Shown here: positions 1-9,127 of the stretch, piece by piece | Layout: every line of letters begins with the position of its first letter | How positions within the stretch are numbered: position 1 is the stretch's first letter | Sequence record: SRR20825006_1157 | DNA: 64,000 bases | Reading direction: 5' to 3' (one strand) | Notes under the pieces: generated by a model | Databases searched by the model: none | What the model was told of the DNA's origin: nothing | Seen by the model: only the letters and a program-made list of their open reading frames with translations | Translations under genes and position numbers: made by a program

Positions 1-780
1 GACACCACCATCGGCTGGCGCTTCGTCAACAAGCTGATGAAGGCGCAATATGGCGTGGATTCCATGCCGGAAACTGGCGAAAATGTTGCTGAGGACTTCA
101 ACATTTCCCGCGAAGATCAGGACAAATTTGCCCTGCGCTCACAGGAAAAAGCCGCCAATGCGATCGCCTCTGGCCGTTTGGCGCAGGAAATTGTGGCGGT
201 GGAAATCCCACAACGCAAAAAAGACCCGATTGTCTTTGATACAGACGAGCATCCGCGCCAAAGCACATTGGAAAAATTGGCCAGCCTGCCCACGCCGTTC
301 CGCGAGGGCGGTTCTGTCACTGCGGGCAACGCGTCCGGCGTGAATGATGGCGCGGCTGCCATGATCATTGCCTCAAAAGCGGCGGTTGAAAAATATGGGC
401 TGACGCCAAAGGCGCGGATCACAGGCCTTGCGACAGCAGGCGTTGAGCCGCGCATTATGGGCATTGGCCCCGCGCCAGCATCGGAAAAGCTGCTGGATCG
501 CTTGGGGCTTAAAATCACCGATGTGGATTTGATCGAGTTGAACGAAGCCTTCGCTTCGCAGGGCATTGCCGTTTTGCGCCAATTGGGCGTCGCGGAAGAT
601 GCGGATTTCGTCAATCCAAATGGCGGGGCGATTGCCCTTGGTCACCCGTTGGGGATGAGCGGCGCGCGCCTGGCGCTGACCGCAGGTGTTGAGATGATGA
701 ACACAGGTGCCAATCGCGCTTTGTGCACCATGTGCATCGGTGTCGGTCAAGGCATTGCCTTGATGTTGGAGCGCCCATAG
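1..780 (+). CDS. pcaF: 3-oxoadipyl-CoA / beta-ketoacyl-CoA thiolase (PcaF/PaaJ type), 5' truncated by the window edge
   Basis: Thiolase motifs [36 protein letters not shown]. The frame is open from base 1 ([10 protein letters not shown]). Lies directly upstream of paaK. Confidence 0.88.
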   Translation, partial: DTTIGWRFVNKLMKAQYGVDSMPETGENVAEDFNISREDQDKFALRSQEKAANAIASGRLAQEIVAVEIPQRKKDPIVFDTDEHPRQSTLEKLASLPTPFREGGSVTAGNASGVNDGAAAMIIASKAAVEKYGLTPKARITGLATAGVEPRIMGIGPAPASEKLLDRLGLKITDVDLIELNEAFASQGIAVLRQLGVAEDADFVNPNGGAIALGHPLGMSGARLALTAGVEMMNTGANRALCTMCIGVGQGIALMLERP

Positions 781-800
781 GCGTTGATGGGGGGAGAGAG

Positions 801-2111
801 ATGAAAGATTTATCGCCAAAGAAAGACGATCTGGAACCGATTGAAATTGCCTCGCGTGATGAAATCAGCGCACTGCAATTGGAGCGGATGAAAAAAACGC
901 TCGCCCATGCTTATGAGAATGTGCCGTTCTATAAAGCCAAATTCGACAAAGCGGGCGTGCACCCCAGCGACCTGAAAAGCCTCAGCGACCTGTCAAAATT
1001 CCCGTTTACGGTGAAAACCGACCTGCGCGACAATTATCCTTTCGGCATGTTTGCCGTGCCGCGCGAAGAGGTGGTGCGCATCCACGCTTCGTCTGGCACC
1101 ACGGGTAAGCCAACCGTTGTCGGCTACACCAAAAACGATATCGACGTGTGGTCTGACGTGGTGGCGCGGTCTTTGCGGGCAGCGGGCGTGCGCAAAGGTG
1201 ATATTTTGCACAATGCCTATGGCTATGGCCTGTTCACTGGCGGTTTGGGCGCCCATTATGGCGCGGAGCGCTTGGGCTGTTCCGTTGTGCCTGTGTCTGG
1301 CGGCATGACCGCACGCCAAGTGCAACTGATCGAAGATTTCAAGCCAAGCGCCATCACGGTGACACCGTCTTACATGCTGGCGATTTTGGACGAGTTTAAA
1401 AAGCAGGGCATCGACCCGCGCGCCAGCTCGCTGCAAGTCGGCATATTCGGCGCTGAGCCATGGACAAACGCCACCCGCAAGGAAGTGGAAGACGCGTTCG
1501 ATATGCATGCGGTGGATATTTACGGCCTGTCCGAAGTGATGGGGCCGGGCGTCGCCAATGAATGTGTGGAAACCAAAGATGGGCTGCATATTTGGGAAGA
1601 TCATTTCTACCCTGAAATCATCAATCCGGAAACTGGCGAACTGGTGGAAGAAGGCGAAGAGGGTGAGCTGGTGTTCACTTCGTTGACCAAAGAAGCGCTG
1701 CCGATCATCCGCTATCGCACCCGAGATTTGACGCGGTTGTTGCCGGGCACCGCCCGCTCCATGCGGCGGATGGAAAAGATCACAGGCCGCTCCGACGATA
1801 TGATCATTTTGCGCGGCGTGAATGTGTTCCCGACGCAAGTTGAAGTGCAGGTTTTGGCCGTTGCTGGCCTTGCCCCACACTTCCAGATCGAGCTGACCCA
1901 TCAGGGTCGTATGGACGAAATGACCATCCATGTGGAAGCCACAGTCGATGCGGCGACAGAAGAAAATCGCGCGCTATTGAGCAAAGCGTTGAGCAAAAAA
2001 ATCAAAGACAATATTGGCGTTTCTGCCCGCGTTGTGGCCAATGAGCCAGGCGGCGTGCCACGCTCGCAAGGCAAGGCTGTGCGGGTGATCGACAATAGAG
2101 ATAAGGGATAA
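801..2111 (+). CDS. paaK: Phenylacetate-CoA ligase
   Basis: HASSGTTGKPT, AYGYGLFTGGLG, YGLSEVMGPGV, RGVNVFP motifs. ATG 801 follows GGGAGAGAG; the ORF-track start at 723 overlaps the thiolase. Confidence 0.95.
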   Translation: MKDLSPKKDDLEPIEIASRDEISALQLERMKKTLAHAYENVPFYKAKFDKAGVHPSDLKSLSDLSKFPFTVKTDLRDNYPFGMFAVPREEVVRIHASSGTTGKPTVVGYTKNDIDVWSDVVARSLRAAGVRKGDILHNAYGYGLFTGGLGAHYGAERLGCSVVPVSGGMTARQVQLIEDFKPSAITVTPSYMLAILDEFKKQGIDPRASSLQVGIFGAEPWTNATRKEVEDAFDMHAVDIYGLSEVMGPGVANECVETKDGLHIWEDHFYPEIINPETGELVEEGEEGELVFTSLTKEALPIIRYRTRDLTRLLPGTARSMRRMEKITGRSDDMIILRGVNVFPTQVEVQVLAVAGLAPHFQIELTHQGRMDEMTIHVEATVDAATEENRALLSKALSKKIKDNIGVSARVVANEPGGVPRSQGKAVRVIDNRDKG

Positions 2112-2116
2112 GCCAA

Positions 2117-2719
2117 GTGGTTAGGACCATTGCCAAAGATCATGGCGAAAAACGCGATGCGATTTTAAAAACCGCTGCAAAATTCTTTGCAGAAAACGGC
2201 TTTGATCGCGCGTCGATGAGCCAATTGGCAAGCGAATGCGGCATCTCCAAAGCGCTGATCTATCACTATTATGCCAGCAAGGAAGTTTTGCTGTATGATA
2301 TCATCCACACCCACTTGAAAGATCTTGTGGAAGCAGTGGAAGCGGTGGAGCCAGTGGATGATCCCAAAACCCATTTGCGCAATTTGGTTCATGCCATTTT
2401 GACCCAGTATCGCGACGCAGACGCCGAGCATAAATTGCAGCTGGAAGCGACGAAAGTACTACCAAAGGTTGATCAAGATCAGCTTGCCGATTTACAAAGG
2501 CAGTTGGTAGTTACATTTTCAACTGTCATAAAATCAGTGTCACCTGACTATTTTGAGAATCGTCAGGAAACGCTTCGGCCGGTCGCCATGTCTTTGTTTG
2601 GCATGCTCAACTGGTTTTACATGTGGTATCGGCGCGGTAAGGGGATGACGCGTCCGCAATATGCCGATCTCGCAACGGATTTATTATTGGGCGGCATCAA
2701 GGGCTTGGAGGAGCAATAA
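2117..2719 (+). CDS. TetR/AcrR-family regulator, probable PaaR-type repressor of the paa cluster
   Basis: N-terminal TetR HTH (GFDRASMSQLASECGISKALIYHYY). Starts 5 nt after paaK. Confidence 0.85.
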   Translation: MVRTIAKDHGEKRDAILKTAAKFFAENGFDRASMSQLASECGISKALIYHYYASKEVLLYDIIHTHLKDLVEAVEAVEPVDDPKTHLRNLVHAILTQYRDADAEHKLQLEATKVLPKVDQDQLADLQRQLVVTFSTVIKSVSPDYFENRQETLRPVAMSLFGMLNWFYMWYRRGKGMTRPQYADLATDLLLGGIKGLEEQ

Positions 2720-2789
2720 CCTTGATGCGCTATAGGAGTTCTCGGCCATCCGGTCGAGTGTGGAGGAAGGTTCATTTAGGGAGGAAGAA

Positions 2790-3806
2790 ATGAACAAGTT
2801 TTTTAAACTCGCTGCAGCTGCAGCCATCGCCGTAACAACCAGCACAAGTGCATGGGCGGCAGACTATAACCTCACCATCTCAAGCTGGACCGGGCCAAAC
2901 CACGGCATCAATGCGCTTATGTGGCCGGGCCTGATCAAGATGATTGAAGAAGCCACAGACGGTAAAGTGACCGCTGAGGTGAAGTTGGGCATTGCCCCAC
3001 CACCAGCTCAAATGGATTTGGTGATGGACGGCGCTGCCGACATGACCATCATTTTCCACGGCTATCAGCCTGGCCGCTTTGTGGCACCAAAGCTGATTGA
3101 ATTGCCCGGTTATGAGGGCAATGCAGAAGCGGCTTCTGTTGCCTATTGGCGTGTGTTTGAAAAGCACTTGGCAGCGCTTGATGAGCACCGCGGTGTGATT
3201 GTGATGGGTCTTTCAACCCACGGTCCGGGTCAAATCCACTCCAACAAAGAAGTGAAAACACTTGCTGATCTGGATGGGTTGAAAACGCGTCTCCCTGGTG
3301 GTGTGGCTAGCGACATTGGTCGCGAATTGGGCATGATCGGCATTCAAGTGCCAGCACCAAAAGTGTATGAAACTTTGGCATCTGACGCTGCGGATGCGGT
3401 GGCCATGCCTTATGAGGGCCGTGAAGGCTTCAAGCTGACCGAAGTGGCCAAGAATGTTTATGAAATGCCTGGCGGTTTCTACCGTGGGTCATTCGCATTC
3501 TTGATGAGCCAAGAAACATTCGACAGCTTGCCTGCGGAACTGCAAACAGCCTTGCAAGAAAAAGTGTTTGGCGAACCAGCCAGCCGCATGTTGGGCCAAG
3601 CTTGGGACGAAATCGACCGCATTGGTCGTGAAGTGACCGAAGCTGCTGAAGACAACACTGTCACTGTTGCTTCTGAGCAAGATCAACAGCTTTACAGCCA
3701 ATATGCTGATCTGATCACCAAGCAAGTTTTGGCAGAATTGACCGAAGCTGGCATCGACGCGCAAGCCGCATATGACATGGTGAAAGCCGAAATGGCGGCG
3801 CAATAG
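2790..3806 (+). CDS. dctP: TRAP transporter substrate-binding protein (DctP family)
   Basis: Signal peptide ending AWA and DLDGLKTR motif. ATG 2790 follows GGGAGGA. Followed by small and large TRAP permeases. Confidence 0.9.
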   Translation: MNKFFKLAAAAAIAVTTSTSAWAADYNLTISSWTGPNHGINALMWPGLIKMIEEATDGKVTAEVKLGIAPPPAQMDLVMDGAADMTIIFHGYQPGRFVAPKLIELPGYEGNAEAASVAYWRVFEKHLAALDEHRGVIVMGLSTHGPGQIHSNKEVKTLADLDGLKTRLPGGVASDIGRELGMIGIQVPAPKVYETLASDAADAVAMPYEGREGFKLTEVAKNVYEMPGGFYRGSFAFLMSQETFDSLPAELQTALQEKVFGEPASRMLGQAWDEIDRIGREVTEAAEDNTVTVASEQDQQLYSQYADLITKQVLAELTEAGIDAQAAYDMVKAEMAAQ

Positions 3807-3824
3807 CGTCACCCTAAGTCGAAT

Positions 3825-3850
3825 TGGAGCGGGGCCTTTGCCTCGCTCCA
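3825..3850 (+). other. GC-rich stem-loop after dctP (probable mRNA stability/processing hairpin)
   Basis: TGGAGCGGGGC-CTTT-GCCTCGCTCCA inverted repeat with no U-tract. Confidence 0.55.
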
Positions 3851-3875
3851 CCCCACAAGGTGCTTAGGAAAACAT

Positions 3876-4382
3876 ATGAATTCTGCCCTAAAACTTATTC
3901 GACAGCTCTCCAAGCTACCCATCATCATGGCCTCTATAGCGCTTTTTGCCTTGATGGTGATGATTTTTGCAGACGTGATGTTGCGCTCTGCTTTCAACGC
4001 GCCCATTGAAGCTGCCACTGAGCTTACCCGCTGGTTTATGGCCATCATCGTGTTTTTGATGTTGCCCATTATCTCCGGCACGCAAGAACATATTGTGGTG
4101 GATTTGACTGACGCATTCTTCACCAACAAATGGGCTGTCCGCATCCGCGATGGTCTCATCAATTTGGCATGTGGTGTCATGCTTATTTGGCCTGCGCAAC
4201 AAGTGGTGGTGCTGGCGGAGCGTGCCCGGTCTTACGGTGACGTAACCGAATATCTTGCCTTGCCTCAATTTTATATCGAGTGGTTTATCGCGATCATGAC
4301 CTTTGTCACCGCCGCTGTGTTGGTGGTGCGTGGTTTGATCACCCTGATTGCCCCGCAACTTTTGGAGCCGTCAAATGATTGA
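3876..4382 (+). CDS. dctQ: TRAP small permease (DctQ)
   Basis: 168 aa with four hydrophobic segments, ADVMLR and EHIVVDL motifs. Sits between dctP and dctM. Confidence 0.9.
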   Translation: MNSALKLIRQLSKLPIIMASIALFALMVMIFADVMLRSAFNAPIEAATELTRWFMAIIVFLMLPIISGTQEHIVVDLTDAFFTNKWAVRIRDGLINLACGVMLIWPAQQVVVLAERARSYGDVTEYLALPQFYIEWFIAIMTFVTAAVLVVRGLITLIAPQLLEPSND

Positions 4383-5688
4383 AGCCGCTATTGGATTTGC
4401 CATTGTATTGGTGCTGGTTTTACTGCGCATGCCCATCGCCTTTGCCATGGGCTTGGTTGGCATGGTCGGCTATATGTACGAAACAAGCTTCCGTGGCGCT
4501 TTGTCCATGGTCTCCCGCTTGATTATCGACACTTCACAAGATTACGGCCTGTCCGTTATCCCACTTTTCATTTTGATGGGCCTTTTCGTCAATAAGGGCG
4601 GCATTTCGCGAGAGCTTTACCGTGTCTCATTTGCATTCTTAGGGCATTTGCGCGGCGGTTTGGCTATGGCCACCATCGTTGCCTGTGGTGGTTTTGCCGC
4701 CATTTGCGGCTCGTCATTGGCCACTGCTGCCACCATGTCGAAAGTGGCAATGCCCGAAATGCGCAAATATGGCTATGCAGATAGCCTTTCCACCGCATCC
4801 ATTGCGGCTGGGGGTACGTTGGGTATTTTGATCCCGCCATCCGTGATTTTGGTGATCTATGGCTTGTTGACCGAAACTTCTATCGGCAAGTTGTTTATCG
4901 CGGGCATCATTCCCGGCATTTTGGGGATCGTATTTTACATTTTCGCCGTAGGTTACACGGTCGGCCGCAATCCTGATGCTGGCCCGGCAGGCGAGCGGAC
5001 AGATTGGAAAGGTCGCTTTGCTGCATTGCGCGGCGTGTGGGCCGTTTTGTTGCTCTTCTTCTTGGTCATTGGTGGTCTTTATGGTGTGCTCAATGTTTGG
5101 CCCATCTATTTGACGTTCTCACCAACCGAAGCGGCTGGCATGGGTGCTGCGGGCGCGTTTTTGATCGCGCTATTCCGGGGTAACCTCAACTTTAAAGCCG
5201 TCAGCGAAGTGCTCAAAGAAACGGCAATCACAACCGCGTCCTTGTTCAGCGTTTTGATCGGCGCTTGGATCTTTTCCAACTTCGTCAATATTGCAGGTCT
5301 CACCGAAGGCCTTCGCGATATGATCGCCGCGCTTAATTTGGCGCCATGGATGGTGATGGCGATCATTTTGATGATCTACATCCTGTTGGGCATGATCTTT
5401 GAAAGCCTATCCATGCTGTTGCTGACCGTGCCGATCTTCTTCCCGCTGGTTATTGGCCTTGGGTTTGATCCGGTATGGTTCGGTGTTGTTGTCGTGGTGG
5501 TGACGGAGATCAGTTTGATCACCCCGCCGGTGGGCCTCAATGTATTCATATTGAAAAATGTGGTCGGCGATGTCACCACAGGCACCATCTTTAAAGGGGT
5601 AACCCCATTCTGGGTGGCAGACATTATCCGCCTTGCCCTTTTGGTTGGCATTCCAGCTTTGTCGCTGTTCCTACCCAGCCAAATGTAG
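4375..5688 (+). CDS. dctM: TRAP large permease (DctM)
   Basis: IPLFILMG, GSSLATAA, GILIPPS, ITPPVGLN motifs. ATG 4375 overlaps the end of dctQ. Confidence 0.93.
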   Translation: MIEAAIGFAIVLVLVLLRMPIAFAMGLVGMVGYMYETSFRGALSMVSRLIIDTSQDYGLSVIPLFILMGLFVNKGGISRELYRVSFAFLGHLRGGLAMATIVACGGFAAICGSSLATAATMSKVAMPEMRKYGYADSLSTASIAAGGTLGILIPPSVILVIYGLLTETSIGKLFIAGIIPGILGIVFYIFAVGYTVGRNPDAGPAGERTDWKGRFAALRGVWAVLLLFFLVIGGLYGVLNVWPIYLTFSPTEAAGMGAAGAFLIALFRGNLNFKAVSEVLKETAITTASLFSVLIGAWIFSNFVNIAGLTEGLRDMIAALNLAPWMVMAIILMIYILLGMIFESLSMLLLTVPIFFPLVIGLGFDPVWFGVVVVVVTEISLITPPVGLNVFILKNVVGDVTTGTIFKGVTPFWVADIIRLALLVGIPALSLFLPSQM

Positions 5689-5692
5689 CATC

Positions 5693-5719
5693 AAAGGGTC
5701 GCCAATTGGCGGCCCTTTT
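5693..5719. terminator. Probable bidirectional intrinsic terminator
   Basis: AAAGGGTCGCC-AATT-GGCGGCCCTTTT between convergent dctM and HAD genes. Confidence 0.65.
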
Positions 5720-6452
5720 ACTTTTGCGCAGCAGGCGCGAAAAAGTGATCCAACTCAATTTTGAAATGCAATAGTGATGGCATGATTGCCGCACAGCGCT
5801 GGGCAATCTCATCAATTGGCTGCAAAATATCCGGCACCATAATGGTCGCCATGCCTGCACCATGCGCCGCCCGCACCCCATTGTGAGAATCTTCGAACGC
5901 TATGCAGTTTTCGGGCGCAAGGCCAAGCCTTTTGGCGGCGGTCAAAAACGGCTCTGGGTTGGGCTTGCCATTGCTCACATCATTGCGGGTCACAATATGA
6001 TCGAAGTGCGGTTTCAGCCCGGCTTGATCCAAAAACCGATGCGCCATATCGCGCCCAGTTGAGGTGGCCACGGCGATGGGCACATCGCGCAGGCTCAATT
6101 GCTCCACCAGCAATTTTGCGCCAGGCTTTAACGGCACAGCTTCTTCGCAGGCAAGCGTGATCCGCTCAAAGCACAAAGCGTTAAACGCATCTACATCGAA
6201 AGCATCGCCATAATGATGACGATAAATCTTTGCGCTTTCATTTGAGGGGATGCCCACCAATGAGATGAATATCTCATCGCTCATATGCAGTTCCCACTCA
6301 GTACAAATCTCAATCATCACCTGTTTGTACAAACGCTCAGTGTCCAGCAGCAGCCCATCCATATCAAACACCACGCCTTTAATTGGGTGTGGCCAATCAG
6401 CCAGATGGGGCGTTTGAATGATCGTGTCGATTTCGGATGCAGTCTGTGACAT
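5718..6452 (-). CDS. HAD-superfamily phosphatase (beta-PGM/CbbY-like)
   Basis: FDMDGLLLDTE, ATST, KPNPE, FEDSHNG motifs. Confidence 0.9.
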   Translation of the reverse strand: MSQTASEIDTIIQTPHLADWPHPIKGVVFDMDGLLLDTERLYKQVMIEICTEWELHMSDEIFISLVGIPSNESAKIYRHHYGDAFDVDAFNALCFERITLACEEAVPLKPGAKLLVEQLSLRDVPIAVATSTGRDMAHRFLDQAGLKPHFDHIVTRNDVSNGKPNPEPFLTAAKRLGLAPENCIAFEDSHNGVRAAHGAGMATIMVPDILQPIDEIAQRCAAIMPSLLHFKIELDHFFAPAAQK

Positions 6453-6483
6453 AAATGGCTTTCTGAAGAGACGAGGCGGGTAG

Positions 6484-7020
6484 ATGATTTATATTGCTTT
6501 ATTTCGTGGCTTAAATGTGGGCGGCAATCACAAAGTGAAGATGGCCGATTTAGTGGCCTTTCTCAACCACCAAGGCGGAGAAAAGACAAAACACTACATT
6601 CAGTCTGGCAATTTGGTGTTTCATCATGATGAACAAGCGGCCCCGCTTGCTGAAAAATTAGAAACCGCATTTACGCAAAAATTTGGCATTGAAAGCCAGA
6701 TTATTTTGCGCTCATTGCCCGATCTCCAAGACGTGCAAAAAGCCTATCCGTTTGAGCAGGATGATCGCGAACAAAAGTTCATGATGACAGGATTTGCCCG
6801 CAAAACCCCAAATGCAGATGCGCTAGATGTGCTGAAACAATTGGCGACTGACGATGAACTTGTCGCCCAACAAGGTGACGCATTCTTCTTTTACTTTGGC
6901 GGTGGATCAGCTCGATCTAAAATGGCAAACCTTAATTATGAGAAGAAATTGGGCACAGCGCTCACCGTGCGCAATCGGCGCACCATCGATAAACTGATCG
7001 ACATCGCCCAAGACCTTTGA
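6484..7020 (+). CDS. DUF1697-family protein
   Basis: YIALFRGLNVGG...KMADL, YIQSGN and C-terminal TVRNRRT signature. Confidence 0.85.
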   Translation: MIYIALFRGLNVGGNHKVKMADLVAFLNHQGGEKTKHYIQSGNLVFHHDEQAAPLAEKLETAFTQKFGIESQIILRSLPDLQDVQKAYPFEQDDREQKFMMTGFARKTPNADALDVLKQLATDDELVAQQGDAFFFYFGGGSARSKMANLNYEKKLGTALTVRNRRTIDKLIDIAQDL

Positions 7021-7046
7021 GCCTCTTGATCTTCACAACATTAAAT

Positions 7047-7063
7047 GCTCTAGTCTTTAGAGC
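7047..7063. promoter_or_regulatory. MerR-family (CadR/PbrR/ZntR-like) operator palindrome
   Basis: GCTCTA-GTCTT-TAGAGC, about 35 nt upstream of a metal-sensing MerR gene. Confidence 0.55.
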
Positions 7064-7098
7064 TTTTTGCATTGAGTGGTACGACAGGAAAATCTCAA

Positions 7099-7521
7099 AT
7101 GGTGAAGGAATATTCGATCGGGCAATTGTCCAAACTGTGTGACGTGAAGGTGCCCACCATCCGCTATTATGAAGAGATTGAGTTGCTCGACCCGCCTGGG
7201 CGCACCGCTGGCGGACAGCGCCGCTATCCACAAGCCGCGCGAGATCGCTTGTCCATGATTGCGCATGCGCGCGATTTGGGCTTTTCAATTGATTCAATTC
7301 GCGAATTTATCCGTATGGCCGACCACCCGTCAGCCCCTTGCGAAGATTTGGATTTGATTGCCGAAAAACATCTAAGCGATGTGCGCAAACGCATAAAACA
7401 ATTGCAAGCGTTGGAAACCGAATTGACCGCCATGCTGAAATCTTGTGATCATGGCAGCGTTGCAGAATGCCGAATCCTAACCGTGCTATCTGACCATGAT
7501 CAGTGCAAAACCCAGCACTAA
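7099..7521 (+). CDS. MerR-family metal-responsive regulator
   Basis: YSIGQLS...TIRYYEEIELL...GGQRRY HTH. Cys in PCEDLD and SCDHGSVAEC gives the three-Cys divalent-metal pattern. Confidence 0.9.
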   Translation: MVKEYSIGQLSKLCDVKVPTIRYYEEIELLDPPGRTAGGQRRYPQAARDRLSMIAHARDLGFSIDSIREFIRMADHPSAPCEDLDLIAEKHLSDVRKRIKQLQALETELTAMLKSCDHGSVAECRILTVLSDHDQCKTQH

Positions 7522-7543
7522 GATTAAATTTTAGGGGGCCTAT

Positions 7544-8071
7544 ATGACCGCGCTTGTTTCCATTTCCGATATTCACAATGGCCCGGATATGGATCATTGC
7601 CTCGCAGGCTTTCTCGCCGCGAAATATAATCTTTCCCACAAGCGGTTTTCACTGCCTGAGTTGGCAGGCAATCCAGATCTATCTGCCGAGGAGTTGCACC
7701 AAACCCTGTTTGAAGGCGGTGCGGCAATTGATGCGGCGGAGCGGTTGATTGCGCAGGTCGACGTGCCGTCTCTATTGATTGGCTATAGTGCTGGGGGCAC
7801 CGTGGGCGCCATGGCCAACAGTGTTGTGCAAATATTTGAAGCGCAGCTCTTCGTGTCATCCACGCGGTTGCGGCATTTGACCGCGAGCCATTTTAAAGTG
7901 CCGTCGCTGTGTTTGTTCGGCGAGCTGGATGAACATCAGCCCAAGCCAGACTGGCATAAGGAAGCAGGCGTTGAACGCTATGAAGTGGCCGAACATGGCC
8001 ATGACTTCTATCAGCAGTTACAAGCTGAAAGCTGGGCGCCCTTGGCGGAACAATTTTTCGAGCTGACCTAA
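7544..8071 (+). CDS. Small alpha/beta-hydrolase-fold protein
   Basis: GYSAGG nucleophile elbow, then GELD (Asp) and GHDF (His) in triad order. Confidence 0.7.
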   Translation: MTALVSISDIHNGPDMDHCLAGFLAAKYNLSHKRFSLPELAGNPDLSAEELHQTLFEGGAAIDAAERLIAQVDVPSLLIGYSAGGTVGAMANSVVQIFEAQLFVSSTRLRHLTASHFKVPSLCLFGELDEHQPKPDWHKEAGVERYEVAEHGHDFYQQLQAESWAPLAEQFFELT

Positions 8072-8072
8072 G

Positions 8073-8840
8073 CTAAGCCGCCACGCAATTTCGCCCGCGA
8101 CTTTTGGCGATATAGAGATTTTTGTCGGCGGTTTTCATAAAGTGTGATGGCTTTTCGCCTGCTTCATGCGTTGCCACACCAATGGAAACAGTAAGCGTAA
8201 ATCGCTTCTTTTTATTGTCGAATGTCAGCAGCGTTACATCTTGGCGAATATTCTCAGAAACATCTTCAGCCAGTTTCTGGTTGCCGCCTTCCAGATAAAC
8301 ACCAAATTCCTCACCACCTAAACGACCTGCAAGATCGCTACGTCGCATATTTTGATTGATCACCTTGCCAATAAACTCAATGGCCTCATCGCCTGCCGCA
8401 TGGCCAAACTCATCATTGAGCTGTTTGAAGTGATCGGCATCAATATAAAGGAATGCGCCGCGGCCTTCCGGATTGGTTGGATGCGAAATACGATCACGCA
8501 TGGCTTGAATAAAGCTGGTGCGATTCAACAAGCCAGACATTTGATCAACGCTGGCCATGCGTGCCAACTGCACGCTCAAACTGTTCAGTTTTAGCCGCTG
8601 CACTGACAGATAAACTGCGATGGGAAACGCCACCACCACGGTGATTATGCCCGTCAATAAGAGGTTGACCAAAACATAGTCCCAAGTGGATTTGGCGATA
8701 TATTGATAATAAACGAAGGTCAGAATTTCAGCGCCAAGCAAAGCCAAAAGGGTGATGCTTACCGCCTTGCGAAATGCGGGTTGAACAAAATTGCGGTCAG
8801 CAAGATCAATGCCTGTCAGTGATTTAATTTGTCGCAACAT
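8073..8840 (-). CDS. Membrane-anchored GGDEF diguanylate cyclase
   Basis: Two N-terminal TM segments; DQMSGLLNR, DADHFKQLND, GGEEF active site; RxxD I-site (RRSD) five residues upstream. Confidence 0.92.
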   Translation of the reverse strand: MLRQIKSLTGIDLADRNFVQPAFRKAVSITLLALLGAEILTFVYYQYIAKSTWDYVLVNLLLTGIITVVVAFPIAVYLSVQRLKLNSLSVQLARMASVDQMSGLLNRTSFIQAMRDRISHPTNPEGRGAFLYIDADHFKQLNDEFGHAAGDEAIEFIGKVINQNMRRSDLAGRLGGEEFGVYLEGGNQKLAEDVSENIRQDVTLLTFDNKKKRFTLTVSIGVATHEAGEKPSHFMKTADKNLYIAKSRGRNCVAA

Positions 8841-8952
8841 TTCTACTTACCCCGTACTCAACATAACCCTCGCCCCGCATCCAATATGCGGCAACCCGTT
8901 TAAATATTATGAGCGGAACTAGATAAAATTTTATCTATCTCGAATGGCCGTG

Positions 8953-8981
8953 TTGACGGTTTAAAACGCAACCCCTAAGAC
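8953..8981 (+). promoter_or_regulatory. Putative sigma70 promoter of the cob operon
   Basis: TTGACG (8953-8958), 17-nt spacer, TAAGAC (8976-8981), immediately before the structured leader. Confidence 0.55.
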
Positions 8982-8990
8982 TATCGCCCT

Positions 8991-9124
8991 GCGCAGCGTT
9001 CCAATGAAGGAACTGAAAGCGATTCTGGTGAGGCTGACCCAAACAGGGAGCCAAGCCCGGAGCTGCTCGACGTTGATTTTTTGCGAACTCTGCCTCTCCC
9101 GATTTTAAAAACCGAAGAGGTAGA
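8991..9124 (+). ncRNA. Structured 5' leader resembling a truncated/variant cobalamin riboswitch
   Basis: GTTCC/GGAAC hairpin, then TGAAAGCGATTCTGGTGAG...AAGCCCGGAGCTGC, resembling the 5' half of B12 elements. Anti-SD TCTGCCTCT (9089-9097) can pair with AGAGGTAGA (9116-9124). Upstream of cob genes. Confidence 0.55.
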
Positions 9125-9127
9125 ATA

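Noticed and set aside
723-800. Upstream extensions in the ORF track (paaK, dctP, edd, BMP, cpaB, tadD, cobU)
   Set aside because: Downstream ATGs have better RBSs and/or avoid overlaps; the extensions are longest-ORF artefacts.
993-1931. 312-aa minus-strand ORF opposite paaK, and similar shadow ORFs (9295-10038, 26319-26975, 47749-48396, 56332-56979)
   Set aside because: They lie antisense to well-supported genes, have no recognisable motifs, and are expected from codon bias.
9092-9120. Resemblance of GCCTCTCCCG...GAAGAGG to the 3' end of a Moco RNA motif
   Set aside because: The rest of the Moco motif is absent and the gene context is cobalamin; it is explained as an SD-sequestering stem.
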